From assembly GCA_030690515.1 (NCBI GenBank), contig JAUYGP010000569.1, positions 1 through 54,045 on the forward strand: a stretch of 54,045 bases of DNA, read 5' to 3'. Source of the DNA: Giesbergeria sp. (GTDB lineage: Bacteria > Pseudomonadota > Gammaproteobacteria > Burkholderiales > Burkholderiaceae_C). This document shows positions 38,931 to 48,420 of the stretch, piece after piece. The position numbers and the translations under genes are program-made. How positions within the stretch are numbered: position 1 is the stretch's first letter; the number at the start of each line of letters is the position of its first letter. The notes beneath the pieces were generated by a model. It saw only the letters and a list, made by a program, of their open reading frames with translations. It was not told the origin of the DNA and searched no databases.

Positions 38931-39650
38931 TCAAAGCGGCTCGATCAGCAGCTTTTCGCCGTCGAGCCGCACCTGCGCGGGTTTGCCTCGAACGTTGTCG
39001 GGCAACTCGGTCTCGGTGGTGCGGTAGATGCCCGCGATGGAGACCAGCTGGGGCTCCAGGCAGGTCGAAAAAATGCGGGCCTCGGTGTTGCCCCGCGCAC
39101 CGGCCATGGCACGACCGCGCAGTGGGGCATAAACGTGGATGTTGCCATCGGCAATCACCTCGGCCCCAAAGCTCACCATGGCCAGCACCACCAGGTCGGC
39201 GCCACGCGCATAGACCTGCTGGCCCGAACGCAGAGGCTTGTCGATGACCACCGTGCCCGGGCCGGCCACAGGCACCTCGCGCACCACCTCCGGCGCAGCC
39301 GGTTCGGCGCGGGCGGGCGGCGCATCGGGTGCGGCCACCAGGCCTGCGGCATGGGCGGCTTCCATCTGTGCGGAGCTGCCGCCGCGCACGGCTACGGGCA
39401 GCGTGCGGTGTTTGCGCAGCAGTGCGGCCACGGCGTCAAAATCGATGGGCTCGGCCGCCTCGCGCACGGGCACCAGGTCGATCAGCACGGGGTCGTTGTC
39501 AAAAAACCCGGGGTCGTCGGCCAGGCGCTCGGCCAGGTCGGCGGCCAGCACGGCGACGTCGGTGGTCTTGAGCACCACGGCCACCACGGGCAGCGAGGCG
39601 CTCTTAAGATCAAAACTGGTGCGGGCGTGGCCCGCCGTGTCAACGGCCAT
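38931..39650 (-). CDS. minC: septum site-determining protein MinC
   Basis: PLRSGQQVYA, GAEVIADGNIHVYAPLRGRA.AGA; start at MAVDT. Confidence 0.96.
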   Translation of the reverse strand: MAVDTAGHARTSFDLKSASLPVVAVVLKTTDVAVLAADLAERLADDPGFFDNDPVLIDLVPVREAAEPIDFDAVAALLRKHRTLPVAVRGGSSAQMEAAHAAGLVAAPDAPPARAEPAAPEVVREVPVAGPGTVVIDKPLRSGQQVYARGADLVVLAMVSFGAEVIADGNIHVYAPLRGRAMAGARGNTEARIFSTCLEPQLVSIAGIYRTTETELPDNVRGKPAQVRLDGEKLLIEPL

Positions 39651-39897
39651 GAAATTGAAAGGTGCGAGAAAGAGTGTCAGAAACAAGGCAGCCCGGATGC
39701 CGCGAAGTGTACCGTGACGCCCGCCCGCCCCTGTAGCGCAAGGTATCGGTCCCGTATCGCCATGCCAGCGCCGCATGGTGCAAACCCTAGGACGCAGGGG
39801 CCCCGTATTTCTGTCACCATGGCGGAAACCATATCCTGGTACGTGTTCAAGCGCTTTCCGCCCTTTCCTGAGCCGTCCGTACATCCAGGAGAGAACT

Positions 39898-42405
39898 TTG
39901 AGCCAGCACCCCCATTCTTTCAGCACCCTGGAGCCTCAGGACGTACTCAAGCTGTCCAGGGAAATGCTGGAGCATCTCCCGGTAGGCATTGCGCTGCTCG
40001 ACTCCGAGCTGCGTGTTTTGTCCATCAACCGCCTGGCCATCCAGATGCTGGAGTTCCCGCTGGAGCTGTTCTCCGGCGAGATGCCTTCACTAGAGGATTT
40101 GCTTTACTTCAATGCCTGCCGTGGCGAATACGGCCCCGGCGACCCGCACGAACAGACCCGCCAGCGCATGGAGTTGGCGTTCAAGCATGAGCCGCACCGC
40201 TTCGTGCGCCAGCGCCCTGACGGCGTTGTGCTTGAAGTCATTGGCGCCCCCCTGCCCGGCGGCGGCTTCGTCAGCATCTACACCGACATCACCGAGCGCG
40301 AGCGCAATGCCACAGCCATGCACGACCAGGCGCTGTACCTGCGCAGCGTGCTGGCGCACCTGCCGCAGGGCATCTCGGTGTTTGACGAAGAGTTGCGTCT
40401 CAAATGCTGGAACGACAAGCTGCTCGAGGTGCTCGACTTGCCCCCCGAGGGGGTCTACACCAACGTGCCGTTCGAGGACCTGATCCGCTACCCGGCCCGG
40501 CGCGGCGAGTTCGGCCCCGGTGACCCCGAGGCCTATGTGCAACAACGCCGCGAATGGGCCCTGCGTTTCGAGCCCCACCGGCTCGAACGCACCCGGCCCA
40601 CGGGCCGCACACACCTGGTCGAGGGCCGCCCCATGCAGGCCGACGGGAATACGGTGGGTTTCGTCACCAGCTACACCGACATCACCGAGAACAAGGCGCG
40701 CGAGGCCACCCTGATCGAGAAGAATGCGCTGCTGCAGACCCTGGCCGACAACCTGCCCTGCGGCGTGAGCGTCTTCGACAAGGATCTGCATCTGGTGCTG
40801 ATGAACGACGAGGCCATCCGCCTGCTGGGCTTTACCCGCGAGCTGGTCAACCAGTGCCCCCATTTTTCCGAACTGGCGCGCTTCAATGCCCAGCGCGGTG
40901 AATACGGCGCCGTGGACGTGGAGGACTTCGTGGCGGCGCTCACAGCCAAGGCGCTGCACCCCACACACCACCGCATGGAACGCGTGCGGCCCAACGGGGT
41001 CGTCATCGATCTGGTGGGGGCCCCCATACCGCACGGGGGCTTTGTCACCCTCTACTCCGACGTCACCGAGCAGCGCAACGCTGCGCGCGCCATCGAACGC
41101 CTGGCGCACCACGACACGCTTACCGGCCTGGCCAACCGCTACACGCTGGAGGCTCGCTTGGACCAACTCGTGGCCGACGCACGACGGCACAACCGCCGGC
41201 TGGCCGTACTGTTCCTGGACATGGACAACTTCAAAGGCATCAACGACAGCATGGGCCACGGCGTGGGCGACGAGTTTCTGCGCGTGACAGCACAGCGCCT
41301 GCGCAGCGCCGTGCGTGAGAACGACATCGTGGCCCGGCTCGGCGGCGATGAGTTCGTGGTGGTACTTTCTGACATGGGCGAGCCCCAGCATGCCTTGTCG
41401 GTCGCCGCCAAGTTGTTGGAGCAGCTGTCCCAACCGGTCAATCTGGCCGGGCACGATCTGAGCCCTTCCACCTCCATCGGCATTTGTTTTTACCCGCAGG
41501 ACGGACAGAACCGCGGCAGCCTGATGCAAAGCGCTGACATTGCGATGTACCAGGCCAAGCAAATGGGCAAAGGTACCTACCGCTGCTTCGATCCGGCCAT
41601 GATGGCCGTAGCCACCCAGCGTGCTGCCATGGAACGGGCGCTGAAAGAAGCGGTCGCATCCAAGCGCTTCGAGGTGCATTACCAACCCCTGGTGGACTGT
41701 CGCACCCGCACGGTCCTGGGATTCGAGGCCCTTATCCGTTGGCAACACCCCGAAGGCCATTGGATAGCGCCACTCGATTTCATCCCCCTAGCGGAGGAGC
41801 TGAGCCTGATCAACCAGCTGGGCGAACAGGTCCTACAGCTTGCCTGCAGCACCCTGGCCCAATGGCACCGCGAAGGCCTCACGCAGCTGCGGATGTCGGT
41901 CAATCTCAGCGCGGTGCAGTTGCGCAATCCGCTCCTGCCCGAGCAGATCGCCGACATGCTGCACATGAACGGCCTGTCTGGCGCTGCCTTGACGCTGGAG
42001 ATCACGGAATCCGTTGCCATGCAGGACCCCCAGGCCAGCATCGAGCGACTGGAGCAGATCCGCGCCCTGGGCGTGCGCCTGGCCATGGACGACTTCGGAA
42101 CCGGCTACTCCTCACTCGCCTATCTCAAGCGCCTTCCGCTGGACAGCCTCAAGCTCGACCGCAGCTTTGTGCAGGATCTGGAGACCAATCCCAACGATGC
42201 CGCCATCTGCACCGCCACCATCAGCCTCGCACACCACCTGGGGTTGGCTGTGGTAGCTGAAGGCGTGGAGACAGAGGGGCAGCATGCCTTCCTCGACAGC
42301 CTGGGTTGCGACATGTGCCAGGGCTACCTGTTCAGTCGCGCGCTGCCCAGCGATATGCTGGGGCAATGGCTACCCCGCATACCAGACAGCCATCCAGTGC
42401 CGTGA
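39898..42405 (+). CDS. triple-PAS GGDEF-EAL c-di-GMP enzyme
   Basis: Three PAS repeats each with RGE(Y/F)G; RLGGDEF; EAL, DDFGTGYSS. TTG start after AGGAGA is inferred. Confidence 0.92.
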   Translation: MSQHPHSFSTLEPQDVLKLSREMLEHLPVGIALLDSELRVLSINRLAIQMLEFPLELFSGEMPSLEDLLYFNACRGEYGPGDPHEQTRQRMELAFKHEPHRFVRQRPDGVVLEVIGAPLPGGGFVSIYTDITERERNATAMHDQALYLRSVLAHLPQGISVFDEELRLKCWNDKLLEVLDLPPEGVYTNVPFEDLIRYPARRGEFGPGDPEAYVQQRREWALRFEPHRLERTRPTGRTHLVEGRPMQADGNTVGFVTSYTDITENKAREATLIEKNALLQTLADNLPCGVSVFDKDLHLVLMNDEAIRLLGFTRELVNQCPHFSELARFNAQRGEYGAVDVEDFVAALTAKALHPTHHRMERVRPNGVVIDLVGAPIPHGGFVTLYSDVTEQRNAARAIERLAHHDTLTGLANRYTLEARLDQLVADARRHNRRLAVLFLDMDNFKGINDSMGHGVGDEFLRVTAQRLRSAVRENDIVARLGGDEFVVVLSDMGEPQHALSVAAKLLEQLSQPVNLAGHDLSPSTSIGICFYPQDGQNRGSLMQSADIAMYQAKQMGKGTYRCFDPAMMAVATQRAAMERALKEAVASKRFEVHYQPLVDCRTRTVLGFEALIRWQHPEGHWIAPLDFIPLAEELSLINQLGEQVLQLACSTLAQWHREGLTQLRMSVNLSAVQLRNPLLPEQIADMLHMNGLSGAALTLEITESVAMQDPQASIERLEQIRALGVRLAMDDFGTGYSSLAYLKRLPLDSLKLDRSFVQDLETNPNDAAICTATISLAHHLGLAVVAEGVETEGQHAFLDSLGCDMCQGYLFSRALPSDMLGQWLPRIPDSHPVP

Positions 42406-42454
42406 TCGCTCTGTCGGAGACAGGCTGAATGCGCGGGTGATTCGATAATGGGCC

Positions 42455-43372
42455 ATGCCCCATTCCCGCAAGAACCACCTCGACACCCTCGCCATTTCCA
42501 TCCTTCTGGCCTGCTGCATGTTCTGGGGCTTTCAACAGGTGCTGGTGAAGGCCACGGTGGCCGAGGTGGCGCCCGTGTTCCAGGCGTTTGTGCGTTTTGC
42601 CCTGGCCACCGTGGCGGTGGCGGCCTGGTGCCTGTGGCGCGGTGTACCCCTGGGCAATGCGCGCGAGCCCGTGGGTGCCACGCGCGCCGGGCTATTGGCC
42701 GGCTCGCTGTTTGCGTGCGAGTTCGCGTGCATCTATGTGGGCCTGCAGTTCACCACCGCCTCGCGGTTGACGGTGTTTTTGTACTGCGCGCCGTTCTGGG
42801 TGGCGCTGCTGCTGCCGCGCTTCATTCCGGGCGAGGGCCTGCGCGGCTGGCAATGGCTGGGCCTGGCGGGTGCTTTTTTCGGCGTGGGCCTGGCCATGGG
42901 CGACGGCCTGCTCGGCCCCGCCAATGCCGCATTGCCCCGGGCCTGGCTGGGCGACTTGCTGGGCCTGACGGGTGGGCTGTTGTGGGCGCTGACCACGGTG
43001 GTTCTGCGCAGTACCTCGCTGGGCCATGTGGCCCCTGCCAAACAGTTGTTCTACCAGGTCGCCGTGAGTGCAGCGGTGCTGCCCCTGCTGTCCCTGTTGC
43101 TGGGTGAGCGCTGGAGTCTTGATTTCAGCACCTTCGCCACCCTGTCGCTGCTGGTGCAGGCGCTGCTGGGGGCCTTTGCCAGCTACCTGGCGTGGATGTG
43201 GATGCTGGCGCACTACCCAGCTACCAAAATTTCGGTATTTGTCTTCCTCACCCCGGTGTTTGCGTTGATGTTCGGCGCCTGGTGGCTGGGTGAACTGGTC
43301 ACACCCGGGTTGCTGGCCGCGCTGGCACTGGTGGCAACAGGCATCGTGCTGGTCAACCGGCGACCACGATAG
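42455..43372 (+). CDS. DMT/EamA family transporter
   Basis: About 10 TM segments in two EamA repeats; WG...V..K, LGE. Confidence 0.9.
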   Translation: MPHSRKNHLDTLAISILLACCMFWGFQQVLVKATVAEVAPVFQAFVRFALATVAVAAWCLWRGVPLGNAREPVGATRAGLLAGSLFACEFACIYVGLQFTTASRLTVFLYCAPFWVALLLPRFIPGEGLRGWQWLGLAGAFFGVGLAMGDGLLGPANAALPRAWLGDLLGLTGGLLWALTTVVLRSTSLGHVAPAKQLFYQVAVSAAVLPLLSLLLGERWSLDFSTFATLSLLVQALLGAFASYLAWMWMLAHYPATKISVFVFLTPVFALMFGAWWLGELVTPGLLAALALVATGIVLVNRRPR

Positions 43373-43391
43373 CTTGTGCGTCGCGGTACCC

Positions 43392-43528
43392 CTACCGTTT
43401 GGGCATGCGCAAGCGGCTGATCCTCAGCGCGCCGACAGCGTGCACAGCAGCGCCAACGGGTGCAGTGTCAAGCCCGCAGGCATCACCACGCCGCCCCTGA
43501 GCAGGTCGCGCGCGGTGCCATGCCAAGC
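43392..43528 (-). pseudogene. decayed duplicate of the pssA 3' end
   Basis: Aligns to 44471-44608 at 109/138 nt (manual count), including the stop codon; one 1-nt deletion. Confidence 0.85.
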
Positions 43529-43549
43529 GAGACCAACCCACTGCACCGC

Positions 43550-44212
43550 TCAGTCTGCGGCAAAGCAATAAAACAATCCTGCACCGCCGGTTTTGGTCAA
43601 GGCTTGCGGGCTACAGCCAACCGTATTGTGGGACGAGTTCCATGAAGCGGACCAGGCGTCGGTAGCCAGCCCGGTGCGGTCGTGGTGGCCGGTCATGGCC
43701 GAACCATCGCCACTTTTTTTCCACTCGCCGCAGGTCATCTCGGGCATGCCGGGGGCGGACGAGAAAGCGGTGCCGTCGGCGCGCGATCCGGTCAAAATAT
43801 CATGCATATTGGGAGTATCACCGCGGCCTTTGACCATCTCGCCTTTTTCAGTCAGCGCGGTCGCTTTGGTCAGGTGATTGGCGGTGTGCAGATTGTCTAC
43901 GTCCGTGGCGATCAGCGCTCCCTTTGCGTTAAACCAAGGGCCTTTGCCAATGCGATCGCGGGCGTTCACCACGGGCGTTGTGCTGGTCCAGCCGGTGCTG
44001 AGGTAGGCGCGCCAGGTGCGCTTACCAGCGCCGACAGCGGTGGCCAGTTTTTGGCAATGCGCATCGGCACCCGCAAGGCCTCCTAGATCAGCCCCATTGC
44101 CAGGCCCCGCGCTGGTAACGAAAAATCCCATGGGGCCAGTGGATGGGGTGGTAGCACAACCAGCAAGGGCGGCTGTAACGGCAAACGCAATGACGTGAAC
44201 GGATGGTTTCAT
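43550..44212 (-). CDS. lipoprotein with lectin/endostatin-like domain
   Basis: LAGC lipobox; LGGLAGADAHCQ.LA, WRAYLS, ARDRIG.GPW, HDILTGS, LFYCFA. Confidence 0.8.
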   Translation of the reverse strand: MKPSVHVIAFAVTAALAGCATTPSTGPMGFFVTSAGPGNGADLGGLAGADAHCQKLATAVGAGKRTWRAYLSTGWTSTTPVVNARDRIGKGPWFNAKGALIATDVDNLHTANHLTKATALTEKGEMVKGRGDTPNMHDILTGSRADGTAFSSAPGMPEMTCGEWKKSGDGSAMTGHHDRTGLATDAWSASWNSSHNTVGCSPQALTKTGGAGLFYCFAAD

Positions 44213-44470
44213 GTGTTGTCTCCTATGGGGGTAAAGACGACTATCACGACGGCTACGGCTAGAAAATCCAACCGTAGGAAACCAGTATGGCACGGGTCGG
44301 GGACGCCGGTATGCCCCGGGCCTCGGCCGTTTGAGCCGGTGCAGAATACCGTGCCGCAAGGTGGCCTGCATCTGGGTCAGTACGGTCTCGCCGATGGCAC
44401 TGGCCGTGTGGACGGCACGGCCTGAATACCGGCATCAGCAGCGTTACACCCCATCGACCTTCAAGTCACC

Positions 44471-45094
44471 CTACAGCTTGGGAATGCGCAGGCGGCTGAT
44501 CATCAGCGAGCCTGACAGCGCAAACAGCAGCACCAGCGGGTGCAGGGTAAAGCCCCCCAAAACCATCGCGCCACCCCAGAGCTGGTCGCGCACGGCGCCC
44601 TGCCATGCAGCCAGCGCCAGCACGGCCACCAGCACGATGGACGTCGGGATGGGGGTGCCCTCAAAGTAGCGCACCTTGCCGTCATCGCCCGACAGTGTTT
44701 CAGCCGTGACGTTGTAGCGCGCCAGGCGCGACACGCCGCAGGCCACAAAGTAGGCCAGCACAATGCGGTCGTACAACCCCTGCATGCCGCAGCCATAGGC
44801 AATGATGGCGGGCGCCACGCCAAACGAGATCACATCGGCCAGCGAATCGAGCTCGCGCCCCATGGCCGAGCTTTTCTGCCGCCATCGCGCAATGCGCCCG
44901 TCGAACACATCAAAGACCAGTGCCGCCAGCACCAGGCCGCAGGCAAAGTAGATGTGCAGCACAGCATGGGTTTCCAGGTAACTCATGCTGGAGAACAGGG
45001 CTCCCACACCACAGACGGCATTGCCCAGCGTAAACCAGTCGGCCAGGTGGAACTCGCGGATCATCGAAAAACGTTTGGGACGGAACGTGGACAT
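44471..45094 (-). CDS. pssA: CDP-diacylglycerol--serine O-phosphatidyltransferase (CDP-alcohol phosphatidyltransferase)
   Basis: D.FDGRIAR....SAMGRELDSLADVISFG; RLARYN; FEGTPIP. Confidence 0.88.
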   Translation of the reverse strand: MSTFRPKRFSMIREFHLADWFTLGNAVCGVGALFSSMSYLETHAVLHIYFACGLVLAALVFDVFDGRIARWRQKSSAMGRELDSLADVISFGVAPAIIAYGCGMQGLYDRIVLAYFVACGVSRLARYNVTAETLSGDDGKVRYFEGTPIPTSIVLVAVLALAAWQGAVRDQLWGGAMVLGGFTLHPLVLLFALSGSLMISRLRIPKL

Positions 45095-45177
45095 GGGCAA
45101 CTCTCGCAAGGGGGCGCGGTACAGGCGCCAGGCCAGCGCGGAGAGCAAAGGGTTGCCCTGTCCGCGCGCAAAAGCCA

Positions 45178-45858
45178 TTATGGCGATGCACCGCCGACTT
45201 GCCGTGACGAGCTGTACGGCAATCCGCGCATGCGGATGGCGCTGCGCAGCCTCTCCAGCGGCCAACCCTCACCCAGCAGCACCATACGCACCAGCAGGTC
45301 GTCCAGCACCGGCGGCTCCACATCCTGGCCCAGGTAGGTGACGGCTTTGTCGCGCAGGTCTACATAGCCCCAAGCGTGCTGCTGGGCAAGTCGACGCCAC
45401 AGAGCGTGGGCGCCCGGCGACTGGCGTGCACCAGAGACCAGGCACCAGCCTTCCTGCAGCGCCCAGCGGTACACCGCACTGGCCAGGCCACGCCGCTGGT
45501 AGGGCGTGTCGTAGCGCGAATGCGGGGCGCGCAGGTGCCGGTCCGCCCGGCGATCGAGCTCGACCAGGCGGTTGAACACGGTGTAGCCGGCCAGGCGGCG
45601 GTGCTGCAGGTCTTCCACATACACATACCACTCGCCGTCGGCCTCGCGGTAGCGCATGGCAAAGCCCGGTTGGGGCAACGGAACCGCAGGCAGGCCCCAC
45701 AGGCGGTCCCCCGGGGTGTGCAGACGTTCGTAGAACCCTTCCAGCTCTTCGGCAAGGGGTTTGGCGGGTTGCAGATCCACATCGATGCGCAACTCCATCC
45801 AACCTGTAAGCCAGGCGGGCAAACCCGGCAAAAGCAAAGGCGGCAGGGCCATCTCCAT
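45178..45858 (-). CDS. GNAT-like N-acetyltransferase
   Basis: YQRRGLAS acetyl-CoA motif; SGARQSPGAHALW. Start uncertain. Confidence 0.7.
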   Translation of the reverse strand: MEMALPPLLLPGLPAWLTGWMELRIDVDLQPAKPLAEELEGFYERLHTPGDRLWGLPAVPLPQPGFAMRYREADGEWYVYVEDLQHRRLAGYTVFNRLVELDRRADRHLRAPHSRYDTPYQRRGLASAVYRWALQEGWCLVSGARQSPGAHALWRRLAQQHAWGYVDLRDKAVTYLGQDVEPPVLDDLLVRMVLLGEGWPLERLRSAIRMRGLPYSSSRQVGGASP

Positions 45859-46007
45859 GACAGTCTCCAGACAAGCAGGGCCCACGGCCGGGGCCGCAAG
45901 GCGCAGGACTCCACCGACCTGAGAAGCTCATTGGCGGGGCCGGTGGGCACGGGGCTGTGTGGTGTTGCACGCGGCGGACGCGGTTGCGCGGGCCGGGGCT
46001 GGAGATT

Positions 46008-46036
46008 GCGTCGACCTGCCACACCCAGGTCGACGC
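46008..46036. other. perfect 11-bp stem-loop
   Basis: GCGTCGACCTG-N7-CAGGTCGACGC with no U-tract. Confidence 0.6.
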
Positions 46037-46248
46037 TGTATTAGCTGCGGGCGCTAGGGCCACCGTGGCGGACGATGGCGTGGTGCGGATGCGGACACCG
46101 CCCCGCAGACGCCCGGTGGGGGCGGCCGTGGCGCAGGGAGCGGGTATGCAGATCTGTCATGGCGTAATTGCCAGCGAACATGGGGTGTTCGCCTGGCAGC
46201 GGACCGTATGTTAGCCACCGCGCGATACCGCACCTGGAGGGTGCGGTA

Positions 46249-48330
46249 TCAGGCAGCGCTCTGCGCAGCCTCCCGTTCACGCGCAAACGCCTGGTACCAG
46301 TCCAGGCAACCGGGGTTGGCCATGGCGTCCTTGTTGACCACTTTTTCGATGGGTTGGCCCAGCAGCAACTTCTTGATGGGTAGCTCCTGCTTCTTTCCGC
46401 TCAGGGTGCGGGGTACCTCGGCCACGGCAAAGATGTCATCGGGCACAAAGCGCGGGCTGAGTGCCGTGCGGATGGCGCCGTTGATGCGCGCGCGCAGCGC
46501 ATCGTCCAGCGCCAAGCCGGGGCGCAGCACCACGAACAGGGGCATGTAGCTCTCGCGGCCCAGGTATTCGAGATCGACCACCAGGCTGTCGAGCACTTCG
46601 GGCAGGGCCTCGACGGCGCTGTAGAGCTCGCTGGTGCCCATGCGCAGGCCGTGGCGGTTGATGGTGGCGTCCGAGCGACCGAAGATGACGCAGCCTCCAT
46701 CCTCCTGCGCGCCAATCTGGATCCAGTCGCCATGGCGCCACACAGCCCCCATCGCCGCCGGGCCGTCGCCCCCACCGGGCTTGCGGCCATGGCCTGCCGG
46801 GTACATGTCGAAGTAACTGGAAAGGTAGCGCTCGCCTTGGGGGTCATTCCACAAATAGAGCGGCATGGACGGGATGGGCTGCGCGCACACCAGTTCGCCC
46901 ACGGCATCGAGCACGGGGCGGCCCTGCGCATCCCAGGCCTCGACGGCAGCGCCCAGCATGCGGCACTGCATCTTGCCGGGGGTTTGCGGAAGTTCGCGGT
47001 TGCCGCCGATGAAGGCACCGGCAAAGTCTGTACCACCCGAGATGTTGCACCACCAGATACCGTCAGCGCGGCCCGCGATGGCGCCGGCGTGCGCCATGAA
47101 GCGCGTACCCCACTGCTGCACTTCGGCCGACAGCGGCGAACCCGTGGAGCCCAGCACGCGAACATGGGAGAGATCGCCACAGTCCTGCGGGGCAATGCCT
47201 GCCTTCATGCAGGCGGCATAAAAGGCCGCCCCGGCGCCGAAGAAGGTCACACCGGTTTCGGACGCAAAACGCCAGAGCGAGGCCCAGTCCGGGCGTTCTT
47301 TGCTGCCTCCGGGGTTGCCATCAAAAATGACGCAGGTGGTCCCGGCCAACAGGCCTCCCACCTGGGCGTTCCACATCACCCAGCCAGTGGAGCTGTACCA
47401 GTGGTAGCGCTCTCCCAGGCTGTTGGGCGCATAGCTGCAACCCAGGTCGTTGTGCAAGGCGCCCAGTTGCATTTGCACCAGCACCATGCCACCGTGCCCA
47501 TGCACGATGGGCTTGGGCAGGCCGGTGGTGCCGCTGGAATAAACGATCCACAGCGGATGGTCAAACGGCAGCCACAGGGGCTCGAAGGCCGCAACTTTAG
47601 GGTCAAAATTGCCTGTAGCGCTTATCCAGTCTGCGCAACCAGCTACTGAAACTGTAGCATCCAGATTCCCCAGCAGCAGCGTGTGCCGCAGACTGGGCAG
47701 GGCCGCACGCAGCTCGTCCAGCACGGGCAGGCGGTCGTGGTCGCGGCCGCCATAGGTCACGCCATCGACGGCAATCAACACCGTGGGCTCAATCTGGCGG
47801 AAACGGTCGAGCACGGCGTGCGTGCCCATATCGGGCGCGCAGATGCTCCACACACCGCCGATACTGACCGTGGCCAGAAAAGCCACCATAGCCTCGGGCA
47901 CGTTGGGCAGGTAGGCGGCCACGCGGTCGCCCGGCTGAACGCCCTGGGCCTGCAAGTGCAACGCCAGCGATGCGACCTGGCGGCGCAGTTCAGGCCAGGT
48001 CATCTCACGATGCTGGCGCTTCTCGTTGCTGCTGACGATGGCGGGCACACCCGCGGCGTGCGCCGCATCCACATGGCGCAGCACCTGGCGCGCATAGTTG
48101 ACTTGGGCACCCGGAAACCACTGCGCACCGGGCATGGTGTTGCGCGCCAGCACAGCACTGTGCGGCGTGGGCGACTGGATGTCGAAGTAGTCCCACACGC
48201 TTTGCCAGAAGGCATCAAGGTCGGTGATGGACCAGCGCCAGAAGGCGTCGTAGTCGTCAAAGGACAGGCCACGATGCTCGCGCAGCCAGTTCTGAAAAAT
48301 GCGAATTTGAGGAAGATAGGGCACTTGCAT
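46249..48330 (-). CDS. acetoacetate--CoA ligase
   Basis: YSSGTTGLPKPIVH, TGWVMWN, ISGGTD, WRHGD, GRSDATINR.G.RMG, TLSGKK.E. Confidence 0.92.
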   Translation of the reverse strand: MQVPYLPQIRIFQNWLREHRGLSFDDYDAFWRWSITDLDAFWQSVWDYFDIQSPTPHSAVLARNTMPGAQWFPGAQVNYARQVLRHVDAAHAAGVPAIVSSNEKRQHREMTWPELRRQVASLALHLQAQGVQPGDRVAAYLPNVPEAMVAFLATVSIGGVWSICAPDMGTHAVLDRFRQIEPTVLIAVDGVTYGGRDHDRLPVLDELRAALPSLRHTLLLGNLDATVSVAGCADWISATGNFDPKVAAFEPLWLPFDHPLWIVYSSGTTGLPKPIVHGHGGMVLVQMQLGALHNDLGCSYAPNSLGERYHWYSSTGWVMWNAQVGGLLAGTTCVIFDGNPGGSKERPDWASLWRFASETGVTFFGAGAAFYAACMKAGIAPQDCGDLSHVRVLGSTGSPLSAEVQQWGTRFMAHAGAIAGRADGIWWCNISGGTDFAGAFIGGNRELPQTPGKMQCRMLGAAVEAWDAQGRPVLDAVGELVCAQPIPSMPLYLWNDPQGERYLSSYFDMYPAGHGRKPGGGDGPAAMGAVWRHGDWIQIGAQEDGGCVIFGRSDATINRHGLRMGTSELYSAVEALPEVLDSLVVDLEYLGRESYMPLFVVLRPGLALDDALRARINGAIRTALSPRFVPDDIFAVAEVPRTLSGKKQELPIKKLLLGQPIEKVVNKDAMANPGCLDWYQAFAREREAAQSAA
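47601..47660 (-). repeat. ~60 bp double-palindrome element in frame inside the acetoacetate--CoA ligase CDS
   Basis: ATGCTACAGTTTCAGTAGCTGGTTGCGCAGACTGGATAAGCGCTACAGGCAATTTTGACC, an AT-rich patch encoding DATVSVAGCADWISATGNFD. Confidence 0.8.
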
Positions 48331-48372
48331 ACCCTGGGCAGGGTAGCGTGTGCGCGCCCCGGACGACACAGG

Positions 48373-48411
48373 GTTTGTACGGTTGTACAAACAATTTAGA
48401 CAATCGTCCAA
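48373..48411. promoter_or_regulatory. tandem TetR operator candidates
   Basis: Perfect GTTTGTAC-N4-GTACAAAC followed by related TTAGAC-N4-GTCCAA in the divergent intergenic region. Confidence 0.65.
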
Positions 48412-48420
48412 TCAAGCACC

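Noticed and set aside
38205-40190. 661-aa plus-strand ORF
   Set aside because: Antisense to minD/minC; low-complexity shadow frame.
40090-41760. 556-aa minus-strand ORF
   Set aside because: Antisense shadow of the PAS-GGDEF-EAL gene.
45885-45950. c-di-GMP-I riboswitch-like sequence
   Set aside because: Lacks the GGCAAA/GNRA core, and the resemblance is on the strand opposite the downstream gene.
46037-46062. TAGCTGCGGGCGCTAGGGCC as a collapsed copy of the palindromic element
   Set aside because: Too short, and the first hairpin is missing; could be chance.
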